64,000 nucleotides of DNA, taken from Giardia intestinalis. Its lineage: Eukaryota. Below the pieces are notes generated by a model that was not told the DNA's origin, made no database searches, and saw only the letters and a list, made by a program, of their open reading frames with translations. Both the position numbers and the translations under genes were made by a program. Location: NCBI GenBank assembly GCA_000002435.2, contig CM018793.1. One strand, given 5' to 3'. Numbering within the stretch: the stretch's first letter is position 1; each line of letters starts with the position of its first letter. Below are positions 1 through 9,777 of the stretch, piece after piece.

Positions 1-32
1 CCATTAGAGAGGAAACACTCCGGGTTGATCGA

Positions 33-1838
33 ATGATCGCAGAAGCTACCCAGAATCTTCGAGGCTGGCAAAACGTCATAGCAGTTTTAGATTTCGATTG
101 CTTCTACGCCTCCATTGAGGAGCGCGATAATCCATCTCTGCGTGGCAAGCCAGTTATAATCACAGGCGGGTCCATTGTCTGCACCAGCAACTACGCAGCT
201 CGGAAGTACGGCGTCCGGTCAGCCATGCCCACCCACGTCGCCAAGGCCCTCTGCAAAGATGTCATTGCCATCCCTGCGTCCATGGAAAAGTACATGTCTG
301 TATCGCATGCAGCAGCCGAGGTCTTTGCAGGCTACGATACACACTATTCCATGCACGGGCTGGACGAGTGTGTCTTCAACCTGACTGCATATATGAAGCA
401 GTATGCCCATGAAAGGTATGGTGTGGTAGATATGTGGAGCGCATATGCACATCTGGATAAGCAGTGTGCCGATGGCGCACTATCTACAGATGCAGACTCC
501 ATACCCCTTCCAGCTGTCCAACATACCAACACTCTGTTCAAGGAGAAGCCCGGGTTCATAGAGCTACTTGCGGCTGAAGTTGTAAGTGCTATTCGAAAGG
601 ATATTGCCTCCCGACTCGGAATCACGTGTTCTGTGGGCGTCGCCATAAACCAACAAGTGGCTAAGATACTTACTGAGTTAAATAAGCCTGACGGCCAAAC
701 TATAGGGCCGCTGCACACTGTCACGCAAGATAACTACTCAACTATTCTCCACTCTCACCTGAAAGACCTCCACATAAGGAAAATTTGGGGGGTGGGGGAC
801 GCGTCTGCACAACTGCTATCAAGAGAGCCCTTTATGATTACATCCATAGGAGACATTTTCTTAAAGCGCGGCCTTCTGTCTCTGCTTTTGACCCCAGCAC
901 AGGCCAAGTTTTATATTTTCGCTTCGGTTGGTCTATCTAGCGTACAGCAATTGATGGACCCAAATAACCCCAACCCCAAGTCTGTGGGCCAGGAGTGCAC
1001 CTTTCCAGAGACTTCCGATGAAGACGTACTTAAAAACATTCTCCGCAACCTTTGCAAGTTGATTGCGCAGAAGCTACAAGAACAGAACCTGGTGCCTACA
1101 CGCCTCAATGTGAAAGTTAGGTTCGCAGATTGGATTGAGAAGACGCACGTTGTTGATTTGAGCCGGCACTCCTGGGATCTGGATGTCCTCTACCTGGCCG
1201 CACTCGAGGCTCTGCGCTACATACAAAAGTGCAAGACAGACGAAGTTGGTTACCCCATGTCTACAGGCAACAGTAACGAGGGTGTAGGGCATGGGCGAAG
1301 CGCCCCCTACTTGACGGTAGGCTTCGGCATATACAGGCGTCTTGCTCGGTGCGTAGATATACGCCTCCTAGGAGTTGCTGCACACACATTTCGTGAATGT
1401 CAAGACAGTAATAGCGGGTCTGTGTTGTACCAGCTTAGCAAGGCAGGGGCAGCACACAGAAACTGTACCAAGAATTGTGCAAAGGCACATTCTGTTGTGC
1501 ATATAGACCATGCGCATTCAGAAGGTGTATCTGACACAGAGGTCATTATAGTTAGCTCTTCATCTCCACCTCCATCTTCTCTCGGTGAGAATGACTATTA
1601 CCCTTCAGGGGCGTTCAAAACGTTGAAGAGTGACTTTACGGTCAGGCCCACTAAACAAGGGAATAGAGCAACAAACAAGCTGAGCAACTTTAATAAGACT
1701 GTGGCCAGGCATAAAGCAACAAGAATAGAGTGTGCACAGAAGCCAAAGATCGCCACAACCATAAAAGAAAAGCGCAGCTTTGTTATTAGTTCTAAACCGT
1801 TGCACAACAAGTTTCATAGGAGTCGATCATCTACATAG
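33..1838 (+). CDS. Y-family DNA polymerase (DinB / Pol kappa-like) with ~200-aa Ser/Pro-rich C-terminal tail
   Basis: N-terminus 'VIAVLDFDCFYASIEERDNPSLRGKPVIITGG', 'TSNYAARKYGVRSAMPTHVAKALC' and 'SVGVAINQQVAKILTELNKPDGQTI' align with DinB/Pol kappa catalytic motifs. ATG at 33 verified. The reading frame is open to the window edge, so the true start could lie upstream. Confidence 0.7.
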   Translation: MIAEATQNLRGWQNVIAVLDFDCFYASIEERDNPSLRGKPVIITGGSIVCTSNYAARKYGVRSAMPTHVAKALCKDVIAIPASMEKYMSVSHAAAEVFAGYDTHYSMHGLDECVFNLTAYMKQYAHERYGVVDMWSAYAHLDKQCADGALSTDADSIPLPAVQHTNTLFKEKPGFIELLAAEVVSAIRKDIASRLGITCSVGVAINQQVAKILTELNKPDGQTIGPLHTVTQDNYSTILHSHLKDLHIRKIWGVGDASAQLLSREPFMITSIGDIFLKRGLLSLLLTPAQAKFYIFASVGLSSVQQLMDPNNPNPKSVGQECTFPETSDEDVLKNILRNLCKLIAQKLQEQNLVPTRLNVKVRFADWIEKTHVVDLSRHSWDLDVLYLAALEALRYIQKCKTDEVGYPMSTGNSNEGVGHGRSAPYLTVGFGIYRRLARCVDIRLLGVAAHTFRECQDSNSGSVLYQLSKAGAAHRNCTKNCAKAHSVVHIDHAHSEGVSDTEVIIVSSSSPPPSSLGENDYYPSGAFKTLKSDFTVRPTKQGNRATNKLSNFNKTVARHKATRIECAQKPKIATTIKEKRSFVISSKPLHNKFHRSRSST

Positions 1839-2813
1839 CTTCGATAGTGCTTCCTGGACAATGATAGCTAGGTCGTCCACCCGTCTATACACATCGCTGC
1901 GGACGTTCTCAAAGTCTTTCGCCAATCCTTCCTGGGCAGCAATATCTCCTGTCTGCAGCTTCACTACCGCCTTAGCCAACAGCTTAACCTCAGTGCGTAA
2001 AATCTCTTGATCATTGAGCAACTTGAGCACGTCGTGCTCAGTGTTTGTCGTGAGGTCATCTATGGAGTTGGTCATCTTGATCTGCTTCCGCTTGATGCCT
2101 GCAATCTCACCTCTAAGTGCCTCCAGCTCCCGTGTTGCTACCTCTATTTTGTCCTGTGTTGCCCTCTTTGCTTGCTCCAACGTGGATGCAATAGCTTCAT
2201 TTGGTCCTGTGCCAGCACTAGATAGCATATCCAGGTACAGCTTCTTGGTGGCTTTTGTGTTGTCTGCGCAGGCCGTCTGTAGGTCTTTGAACCGAGTCTC
2301 GTTTGCCTCTATTGTCCGCGAAAGGGTGTCTTGTAAGTGGAGCAGCCCCTCCTTCAGGTCATGGAGGTCTGGGTGGGTAATTAACTGATTTATTGCTTTG
2401 TTGGGTATTCCGGCGCGTTCCGACTGGATCTCCTTTAGCGAAAGCTTGAGCTCATCCACCGTCTTCTGAAGAGATGTCATGCTGTCACTTAGCTTTTTTA
2501 CCTGTGATTCTATCCGCTTCATCCGCCGGTTGCTCTCATCGCAGCGATCTTTATGCTTGGACAGTGCGTCAAGGAACATGTTTGAGAGCTCGCGTATGGC
2601 CTCTGTAAATCGTTCTTTTGTCACCAGTTTTGTTACGTCCACCACAAGGGAGGGCTTGGAGACTCCTTTTTTGTCTACAATGCGGTCAACCTTGAACGTT
2701 GGACTCGAGGGTGAGAGAGTATCGATGAGTTGCGGAGGACCGCTTTCTGGGTGCAGGCCTGTGTAGAGAAAGGCGGTAGCGGACTTGGAACGCCGCTGGT
2801 ACTCGCGGGACAT
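1827..2813 (-). CDS. coiled-coil protein (hypothetical)
   Basis: 328-aa ORF, ATG verified at 2811-2813. Heptad-rich, Lys/Glu/Leu-rich sequence. Its 3' end overlaps the convergent polymerase gene by 12 bp. Confidence 0.45.
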   Translation of the reverse strand: MSREYQRRSKSATAFLYTGLHPESGPPQLIDTLSPSSPTFKVDRIVDKKGVSKPSLVVDVTKLVTKERFTEAIRELSNMFLDALSKHKDRCDESNRRMKRIESQVKKLSDSMTSLQKTVDELKLSLKEIQSERAGIPNKAINQLITHPDLHDLKEGLLHLQDTLSRTIEANETRFKDLQTACADNTKATKKLYLDMLSSAGTGPNEAIASTLEQAKRATQDKIEVATRELEALRGEIAGIKRKQIKMTNSIDDLTTNTEHDVLKLLNDQEILRTEVKLLAKAVVKLQTGDIAAQEGLAKDFENVRSDVYRRVDDLAIIVQEALSKLCR

Positions 2814-2847
2814 AGAGGTCTTAAAATATAATATTTATCACAGTTCG
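2814..2847. promoter_or_regulatory. 34-bp AT-rich bidirectional initiator between divergent ATGs
   Basis: 'ggtcttaaaatataatatttatcacagttcg' lies between the minus-strand ATG (2813) and the plus-strand ATG (2848). This matches the Giardia-type short AT-rich promoter architecture. Confidence 0.4.
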
Positions 2848-3288
2848 ATGGTCAGAGCAGCCCTGCCACTTGCACTTAGATGTAACGCGTGTGGACAGAC
2901 CGTTGCGCGCGGGAAGAAGCTGTATATGCAAAAGAAGGGAAGTAAGCAGGGATTGATATTTATGTTCAAATGTCCGTACTGCACCACAACTCTCTCATTC
3001 ATTGCATCAATCGCTGACGGCTGCTACCTTCCTGGAGAGCACACGGTGCAGGTTGGGACAGCTGCACGAGAGCAGGCCTCCGAGCAACCGCCACCAAAGC
3101 GTCTCAGTGATGAACTGCTGCTCTCTACTGCTATAACAAAAAATCCCAGGTTGAGTGAAGAGTATGTCATGCGTGAATATGTTCGTCAGTTCAAGGTACT
3201 CCAGAGGGCAGCTAGTCAAGAAGCTCCGGAAGAGCCGACCAACCTTGATACCAGATATCGCGCACTTTCTTTTCTGGATCATGCCTAA
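2848..3288 (+). CDS. small zinc-ribbon protein, possibly YJU2/CWC16 (CCDC94)-like
   Basis: 'CNACGQTVARGKKLYMQKKGSKQGLIFMFKCPYCTTTLSF' resembles the YJU2/CWC16 N-terminal CxxC...CxxC zinc ribbon 'CxxCgxyiykGkKfNarKe...F.ikCtrC'. The ORF-track start at 2785 is TTG. The first ATG is at 2848, preceded by the AT-rich 'ttaaaatataatatttatca'. Confidence 0.35.
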   Translation: MVRAALPLALRCNACGQTVARGKKLYMQKKGSKQGLIFMFKCPYCTTTLSFIASIADGCYLPGEHTVQVGTAAREQASEQPPPKRLSDELLLSTAITKNPRLSEEYVMREYVRQFKVLQRAASQEAPEEPTNLDTRYRALSFLDHA

Positions 3289-3354
3289 AAGATTAAAAAA
3301 TGAAACTTACTTTTTGCTAATTTTTATCCTCAAGCTCATCAAAGGGACCGTCCT

Positions 3355-5853
3355 ATGTTCAACCGAAAGGTAGCCTCACAAGATGAGCAGCTCATCAAAG
3401 ACCTCCGCAAGCAACTTAAGGAACGTGATGAACGAATTCAGGCCCTGTCGTCGGCGTTAGAGGATGCACACATAACGGTGAACGACCTGGAAAGCGCCCT
3501 CAAAACCGCAGGAGCAGCGATAGGTACACCGAACCCTCAAATATGGCGTGAGACCTTCGTTCCAGACGCGATCTCCAGCTCACGCCTAGGAAGCTCCATC
3601 CTGGGCTCGCCGCCCAGACACGTAGACTCGACCTTTTCCCACAAGGACCTCTCTATGCTGACGCAGTCAGGGATACAGCCGCCCTTAGAGCTTAGCGCGA
3701 CGTTTCTAGACTCCCAACAGTATCTATCTAACTCCAACATAAACCATGATATGTATGACATTACAGAATTCAGAAACGATCTCCAAGTCATGCAGAACCA
3801 GCTAGCAGCAAAAGACAAGCAGATAGAGGAGCTGTTGGCTGAGGCTGAAGAGTTAAAGAATCACATCAAAACTGTTAATTTGGAATACAATACCTTCAGA
3901 AAAACCATTCTAGACATGTCTGTATGCAACTCAGACTTGAGAGTACAACTTGCACAGGCCCAGCAAGAGCTTGGAGAGAAAGAGCGTGCCTACAATTCTT
4001 TGATGGCCAGTATGGAGTCCCGAGACAAGGTCACGGAGCTTCTGAGCTCTGTAACCCAGAGACCTAGGTCTGCCAGGGATACATCCAACCTCTCCGCATC
4101 GAAAAAGGAGACTCTAGCCATGCACAAAACGATCAGGGATCAGGAAGCAGAGATTGTCCATCTAAGGGAGGTTTTGGCGGAGAAAGAGACAGAGATAGCA
4201 CGGCTTATTACGACGTGCGATGAGGCGGTCCAGATGAGGAACGAGATACAGTCCTTACTAGATCAATCCATACAAACAAACCAGATGCTAAAGGATAAAA
4301 TAGAGATCATGTCAGAAGAGGCCAAATTAGCATCGGTACAAGCGTATCAAGGCGAGACGTTTGGAGATAACGTGCAGGAGATTGCAATAGACAACACCAT
4401 GGTGCCATACCCCATATATCTTAACGCATCACGGAATAGCAAGGATGACATGGTGGATGCGACGATCGTGCAGCTCCAGGCGCGTGTTGCTGAGCTTGAA
4501 ACAGAGTTGGCATCGTCCCTGAACACCTCGTCTCTCGCCAAGTCCCTGGCATCCCCGGATGTCTCTACCCTCTTGACGTCAAAGGACGAAGAAATCAGCC
4601 TTCTCAAGAAGCAGGTGCTGTCTCTTGAGCGGTCTCTTCTTTCTGCCGATAACAAGCAGACTGCCTCACAAAGAGCGAGCCCTAGTGGGAGCCGCGGACC
4701 CAGTCCCGGTGTCTCCAGTCAGTGGCCTGGTTTACAGTCAAGTGGACATGCTAGGGGGTGCTTTTCTGAGGTAGGTGGTACCAACTATCTTAAGCTAATG
4801 AAGCGTACAAGACTGCTCATAGATGAAGCCTCTGACGTTTTAAGTGGGAGTGGCAGACGGACCACTGGGACTGCCATGTCGACAGTGTCCGCCTCCGGCA
4901 AAACGAGCTCTGATGACCAGATGATGTCAACGAGCATCCACCTGCAAGCCATTGCAGAGCTTAGAGAAGCAAATGCACGCATCATTAACAGCATTATTGA
5001 GAAAGACGATCAGATTGCGGATATGCTAGAGATCGTAAGCATTTCAGAGGCAGAACTAACCGACATAAAGCTTCTCATGGAGGAGAAGGACAGAAATCTC
5101 ATCCAGTTAACTGAGGACCTCCATAGAAAGGAGAAGGAGCTGGATGCATTAGTGAAGGAGGTCAAAAATGCGTTTTCAGAGGTCTTGGAGCTTACAAACA
5201 CTGTGAGGTCTCGCGACGCTCTCATCAAGGATCTTTCTGACGGGCTGACCGAGTCCCAGGACCTCATAAATCAGATAGCCGCAGAGAATACCGCTTTGGT
5301 CCAGAAGATGAACGAGAAAAACAATGATCTCGAAAAGCTGCTGAAGGAGTCCGCTGCGGCGTCTATAGAGCTATTCAAGATTAAGGAGCAGGGCAGCATC
5401 TCAAAGGACGAGCATGCTCGGTTGCTGGCATCGATTAAGGACTCTATATCCTTTATAAGGCGTTGTGCGGAAGCGACGGTGGAGGGAGGCGAGGACGCAG
5501 AAGGAAACATCATTAAGACTAAGACAATGACACCAGGGGTAACTGAGATGGTCGCATCACCAATCCACATCTCTGGCAAGTGCGATGTCATTGTCGGGGT
5601 GGTAAACTACCTAACAAGCAAGGCGGAAGAGCTCAAGATGCTTTCAGCATCCTATAATGTGAAGCACGGCCGCTTGCTGGCCTTTCTGAACGACCTAACG
5701 GCAGAGCTCGCAAGTGTTCAGACATTTGCAAGCATTCTCCCAGAGGATAGTCAGCTGCGCTCTCTGATGGTGAGACTTGGAGAAGCGATCGAAACAGACC
5801 TCCAGGAAGTGAAGGAAAGCCTCGGCTCTACAGATCAAAATGGAAAAAAGTAG
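3355..5853 (+). CDS. large coiled-coil protein (hypothetical, 832 aa)
   Basis: ATG verified. Long heptad-repeat Glu/Leu/Lys/Gln-rich sequence throughout. AGTAAAT overlaps the TAG stop at 5852-5858. Confidence 0.5.
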   Translation: MFNRKVASQDEQLIKDLRKQLKERDERIQALSSALEDAHITVNDLESALKTAGAAIGTPNPQIWRETFVPDAISSSRLGSSILGSPPRHVDSTFSHKDLSMLTQSGIQPPLELSATFLDSQQYLSNSNINHDMYDITEFRNDLQVMQNQLAAKDKQIEELLAEAEELKNHIKTVNLEYNTFRKTILDMSVCNSDLRVQLAQAQQELGEKERAYNSLMASMESRDKVTELLSSVTQRPRSARDTSNLSASKKETLAMHKTIRDQEAEIVHLREVLAEKETEIARLITTCDEAVQMRNEIQSLLDQSIQTNQMLKDKIEIMSEEAKLASVQAYQGETFGDNVQEIAIDNTMVPYPIYLNASRNSKDDMVDATIVQLQARVAELETELASSLNTSSLAKSLASPDVSTLLTSKDEEISLLKKQVLSLERSLLSADNKQTASQRASPSGSRGPSPGVSSQWPGLQSSGHARGCFSEVGGTNYLKLMKRTRLLIDEASDVLSGSGRRTTGTAMSTVSASGKTSSDDQMMSTSIHLQAIAELREANARIINSIIEKDDQIADMLEIVSISEAELTDIKLLMEEKDRNLIQLTEDLHRKEKELDALVKEVKNAFSEVLELTNTVRSRDALIKDLSDGLTESQDLINQIAAENTALVQKMNEKNNDLEKLLKESAAASIELFKIKEQGSISKDEHARLLASIKDSISFIRRCAEATVEGGEDAEGNIIKTKTMTPGVTEMVASPIHISGKCDVIVGVVNYLTSKAEELKMLSASYNVKHGRLLAFLNDLTAELASVQTFASILPEDSQLRSLMVRLGEAIETDLQEVKESLGSTDQNGKK

Positions 5854-5858
5854 TAAAT
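5852..5858 (+). promoter_or_regulatory. poly(A) signal AGTAAAT overlapping the TAG stop
   Basis: AGTRAAY match with R=A, Y=T, beginning inside the stop codon of the 3355-5853 gene. Confidence 0.4.
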
Positions 5859-5914
5859 GGCTCTGTTTATTTAGTCCATCTAGTTAGAAACCGGATGCAG
5901 GTGTGAGGTCCTGC

Positions 5915-6937
5915 TTAAGCCCCACCTGCCTTGCGAAACAGTGTGTCGTATCCCTTGATGAGGCTCCCCTGCTTGTTTAACTTATCCACACTTATGTCTA
6001 ACCGTAGAATGTCTCTGGGCTCGATGCATCCAGCTGTAATCTGGGACACCTTGGGAGCGTTCATGCGCTGGGTCATGATCTGGTGTCTATCTCTTTCGTA
6101 AGCTTCTCTGGTTCGCTGTCGCATCGCGTTGAGCTCTTCGGTTGCGTCGTGCTGCACCTTAGCGTTGTAGTCTCGTTCGTGTCTTGCGAATTTCTGTAGG
6201 ACGGCGCTTCCGACCCCAATCCGATGATTTATGACTCCTGGTTCTGGCTTGAAGTCTGTGCCCAGCCGAAAAGGCTTGGTCTGGATGCAGCCTGTTCTGT
6301 GCTCTTCTTCCAACTCGTGGGGGATAATGAAGAAGGGGTCGATTGTTGAAAAGCCCGAGGGAGGAGGTGGCTTTCTGTGTCTTTGGTCAACACGTGGGGG
6401 CTGTGTCCGTTTCGTTTGTGGGAGCCGTGGGAGGGTTTCTATGGGTAGTGTAATGGTCTTGCGTGCTGCTTCAACCAACCGTGCCTTGAACTCCCTCTCC
6501 TCTTGCTCGTTCATACCCATTACATCCTTCTGCGAGGGCTTCTTAAATCCCCGAAGATTACTATCTCCTAGTAAGCCATCCATTCTGGATTGATACTTGA
6601 CGTCGTCGAGTATCTGCTCAAGCTCAGTTTTGTGGGGTAGCGCCGGAATGTCCGTGTAGGTGGGGGTTGCGACATCTGCAAACTCCGCTCTCTCCTTAGC
6701 CTCCTTAAGAACTTTAGCCGCCCACTCTGACTTCTTCTCGTCCCTGACATAGGTGGCTGTAAATAGCTCGTCCGACGGATCTTCTTCGGGCAATTCCGCC
6801 TGATTGTAGATAACTCCGCCGTTAGTGAACTCAAAGGCATTCAGTTCCTCGTAGGTATCAGCTCGCTGCTTGTATGTCCTGGCTTCCTTGATCTGTTTGG
6901 ATCTCTGAAGCTCTCGCCGCTGAAAAAGGGTGGTCAT
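5915..6937 (-). CDS. hypothetical protein (basic, Arg/Lys/Glu-rich)
   Basis: The ORF-track start at 6973 is GTG. The first in-frame ATG is at 6937 ('MTTLFQRREL'), preceded by the AT-rich 'gtttcaaaa'. No recognisable domain. Confidence 0.4.
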   Translation of the reverse strand: MTTLFQRRELQRSKQIKEARTYKQRADTYEELNAFEFTNGGVIYNQAELPEEDPSDELFTATYVRDEKKSEWAAKVLKEAKERAEFADVATPTYTDIPALPHKTELEQILDDVKYQSRMDGLLGDSNLRGFKKPSQKDVMGMNEQEEREFKARLVEAARKTITLPIETLPRLPQTKRTQPPRVDQRHRKPPPPSGFSTIDPFFIIPHELEEEHRTGCIQTKPFRLGTDFKPEPGVINHRIGVGSAVLQKFARHERDYNAKVQHDATEELNAMRQRTREAYERDRHQIMTQRMNAPKVSQITAGCIEPRDILRLDISVDKLNKQGSLIKGYDTLFRKAGGA

Positions 6938-7028
6938 TTTTGAAACTTCCTGGAAAAAATCTCGCTTACCCACCTACAACCTTCTCAGCTTCGGGTTAGA
7001 GAGATACTGGTGGAGTCTGTAGGTAGTG

Positions 7029-7520
7029 ATGGTGACCAATATCGAGTTTGTTCCAGAGGTGAAGCCAGATAGAGAGCTGAAGGTGAAGGATATTCTCCGA
7101 TTTGTTAATCCGCCAGACAGGTTCCATAGCCCGTCACTTTTTTGTCTAAAGTTGCTGGCCGAATACGGCCCTTTACGGGATGGACAAATCTGGGGCGGGG
7201 CAAAGATGCACAGGGCCATAACTGTACATGAAATGAAGCTGATCCTAGAGCACTACAAGGCACAAACAGACAAGATAATATTTCAGCTGAGAAAGGAGGG
7301 GTGTAAGGGCGAGTTCATTCATCCCATGAATCACCAGCTTATACCGATGCTGGAGAAGTACCTTCGGTGCTTAGCGAAGGCCCGACTGGACTATCGGGAC
7401 GGACCGTTCACCGCAGAGACAACGATCGATTTCACTGACCTGTCAAATGCGATAGAGCAGTTCTATCCTCAGCTGGTAAAGATGTGCATGCGCACCAAAG
7501 ATAAGCGAATCTCCCCGTAA
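7029..7520 (+). CDS. hypothetical protein
   Basis: 164-aa ORF. Position 7026 is GTG; the first ATG is at 7029. No recognisable motif. Confidence 0.3.
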   Translation: MVTNIEFVPEVKPDRELKVKDILRFVNPPDRFHSPSLFCLKLLAEYGPLRDGQIWGGAKMHRAITVHEMKLILEHYKAQTDKIIFQLRKEGCKGEFIHPMNHQLIPMLEKYLRCLAKARLDYRDGPFTAETTIDFTDLSNAIEQFYPQLVKMCMRTKDKRISP

Positions 7521-7529
7521 AGTGTACCC

Positions 7530-9716
7530 CTAGAGGAACATGCCTTTAGCATACCTGTTCTGGACAATCTTATCCAATACTTGGACTATATAGGATGTTG
7601 CTTCATTCAGGCTGGTGTCACTTGTGAAAACGGCCACCATGTCGATAAGGTGGGCAGACTTGTAGTGTGCCTCGCACCACTTTGCTACCTCAGGCGCTTG
7701 GCTAGGACTTGGTACATCTAGTACGACGCTATTGGCCAGGGAGGGCGTTCTACGAAACGCTGATCCAAGAAGCGATCGCCTGTTTGAGCCTGCCCTGGAT
7801 TGCCCTGCGCCACCGCTATGCTGCGATGCTTTGACAGAGTTTCTGGAAGCCGACGTCGATCTCTTTGGAGTTGATTCAAACGACGCCCTTCCTGATGCTC
7901 CTGTCGCCAGTAGCTCTGACCTGTCCAGTGACTGTGTAGAGTCGCCGGAGTATCCATTAGTAACAGGATATGTACCGCTGGCGCACATGCTCTGTATGAG
8001 CGTTCTGTGAAGAGGGATCTTTAGTACGCTGAAGCACGAGGCCATCTGGGCACCTGGAATTGTGTGGTCGATAATTTCCCACGGAACACTGTCTGCCCTC
8101 GGAGCTTTTGTCTTTGTCTTACCGGTGCCTGTAACCCCGGGCATCTGATCATAAATGTGTATGTGTGTCATCCAAAACACCATCATTTTATCCTCCCTCT
8201 TCTGTACTGAGAACCGGAGTCCGGCTCCCATACAATTGTGTCTAAAGAAGAACATACTTGTGAAAGCAGCCCTAATGGCTTCCACGCCCGTCCTTAGCTG
8301 ACATATTTGCGTATCTACTAAAGAGCACTCATTTTCGCTACTCATGGAATTGTGGCTTCGTTGGGATTCAGAAGATGGTAAGAAACAGGAGGCCTCCTCC
8401 AGCAAACCATGGACGCTGTGTGTGAGAGTTTCTTTGAATGTGTGGTTGGATGCAATGAATGCTAAGCATTTATTACGCGACACTGCATGTAGATAGTGAG
8501 ATGTCATTGCCTTCAACGGATGGCATGCCTGGATGTATAACGGAGGAAACATGGCTGGAAAGAGCTTGCGTGCCCGTTGGAAGCAAGTTGAGTGTAGCGT
8601 TTCGTGAACCACTGTTGCAAATGCTTCCAAGTTGTTCTGGTACCTTTGCTCCAGCTGCTGAACCAAATTGCTCGTCATTAGCACGCAGTAGAAAAGTGTA
8701 AAAACAGGAATCCGGAGGTTCTCTGCCGTATGATCACTGTAGGAATAGGAGTCTAGCGCTTGCTGGACAACTATGCCTGTTACTTCACTTCCTTGACAAG
8801 TTAGGTTCATAATATGATAGCTTTTGCTGAAGTACTCAGATACCTCCACAGTATTCAGGTCTTGCTCTTCCAGTGATCCCATAAACTTATCGAGAATACA
8901 GCCTGCGTCCTTCTGTGAAGTAGTGGTCCTTGGGAATTCGGGATCATCTCCCCACTTGTCAGTCAGTATGCTGTGTAGCTTAGAATAGAACGTACTATGA
9001 GCAAGCATGGATATATAGTTGGAGTGAGACAAATAGTCGCGGGGAAGAAGGCCTTTGGGGGGTGGTTCGCAGGAAGTAATATCAAGTAAATGCGCATCTA
9101 AAAACGCTACCAACCGCGTAGACAGGATGATGTTTGCTCTGAGGTCCAAACAATCTGCTTTCGCGCCTGAGGTGTACGCTTGATCCATGATATCCCTATG
9201 TGCCTCGGTGAGAACTGTACTGAGAGAATTAAATAGAACGCCGGTCTGCATCAGTGTGCAGCGAATGGTGGGAAGGGCCAGAGGTAAGGGCCAGTACAGG
9301 CCGGGCTCCCACTTGAGCAAACGGCTGGCCCTCTGCATAACAGCGTTTAAAACTGGTATGGATTGGCTTAGCCGCTGCATAGGACTATGTAATCCTTCGT
9401 AGATAAAGTCATACGGGCCCAGGACAGTGCGGATGACGCCAAAAAGTATTCTGCACCTAAAGGAGGCTTCGACGGCCGGGCACGCTCTGGGGGCAACAAA
9501 AAGGACATACAGCTTATACGATTCTAGCCTTCCAACTTCCACTTGCTGAAGGCAACAGCGATACCCTTCGCTTTCCCACGACAACTCTCCAAGATTTTGC
9601 TCCTTGAGGGTCGTAAGAGAAAACGCAATGAGTGGTTGCAGATACATGCTGTAGTCTAGGGACATCGTGAGAGAGGAATACAGTAGTGTGTGGTCTTCGG
9701 TGATAATACTGATCAT
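7530..9716 (-). CDS. hypothetical protein (~728 aa)
   Basis: Long ORF. The track start at 9752 is GTG. The first ATG is at 9716 ('MISIITEDHT'). Ser-rich C-terminal region. No recognisable domain. Confidence 0.45.
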   Translation of the reverse strand: MISIITEDHTLLYSSLTMSLDYSMYLQPLIAFSLTTLKEQNLGELSWESEGYRCCLQQVEVGRLESYKLYVLFVAPRACPAVEASFRCRILFGVIRTVLGPYDFIYEGLHSPMQRLSQSIPVLNAVMQRASRLLKWEPGLYWPLPLALPTIRCTLMQTGVLFNSLSTVLTEAHRDIMDQAYTSGAKADCLDLRANIILSTRLVAFLDAHLLDITSCEPPPKGLLPRDYLSHSNYISMLAHSTFYSKLHSILTDKWGDDPEFPRTTTSQKDAGCILDKFMGSLEEQDLNTVEVSEYFSKSYHIMNLTCQGSEVTGIVVQQALDSYSYSDHTAENLRIPVFTLFYCVLMTSNLVQQLEQRYQNNLEAFATVVHETLHSTCFQRARKLFPAMFPPLYIQACHPLKAMTSHYLHAVSRNKCLAFIASNHTFKETLTHSVHGLLEEASCFLPSSESQRSHNSMSSENECSLVDTQICQLRTGVEAIRAAFTSMFFFRHNCMGAGLRFSVQKREDKMMVFWMTHIHIYDQMPGVTGTGKTKTKAPRADSVPWEIIDHTIPGAQMASCFSVLKIPLHRTLIQSMCASGTYPVTNGYSGDSTQSLDRSELLATGASGRASFESTPKRSTSASRNSVKASQHSGGAGQSRAGSNRRSLLGSAFRRTPSLANSVVLDVPSPSQAPEVAKWCEAHYKSAHLIDMVAVFTSDTSLNEATSYIVQVLDKIVQNRYAKGMFL

Positions 9717-9777
9717 AGGCTTTGTCCTCGTGGACTGTTTTAAAATTACCACGATAAGCAGCTACTTGTAGCGGTCC
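9717..9777. promoter_or_regulatory. short divergent promoter spacer with 'ttttaaaatta' AT-rich core
   Basis: 61 bp lie between the first ATGs of the divergent genes (9716 minus, 9778 plus). Confidence 0.35.

Noticed and set aside
2785-2847. ORF-track N-terminal extensions starting at TTG/GTG (2785, 6973, 7026, 9752, 11655, 16046, 28456, 35906, 54951, 62426)
   Set aside because: The start codons I checked in the sequence are TTG or GTG, not ATG, consistent with a bacterial-style ORF caller. I moved the starts to the first in-frame ATG.
3155-3373. 72-aa ORF bridging the 2848-3288 gene end and the 3355 gene start
   Set aside because: It overlaps two better-supported genes and their spacer. Its 3' part is the AT-rich promoter of the 3355 gene.
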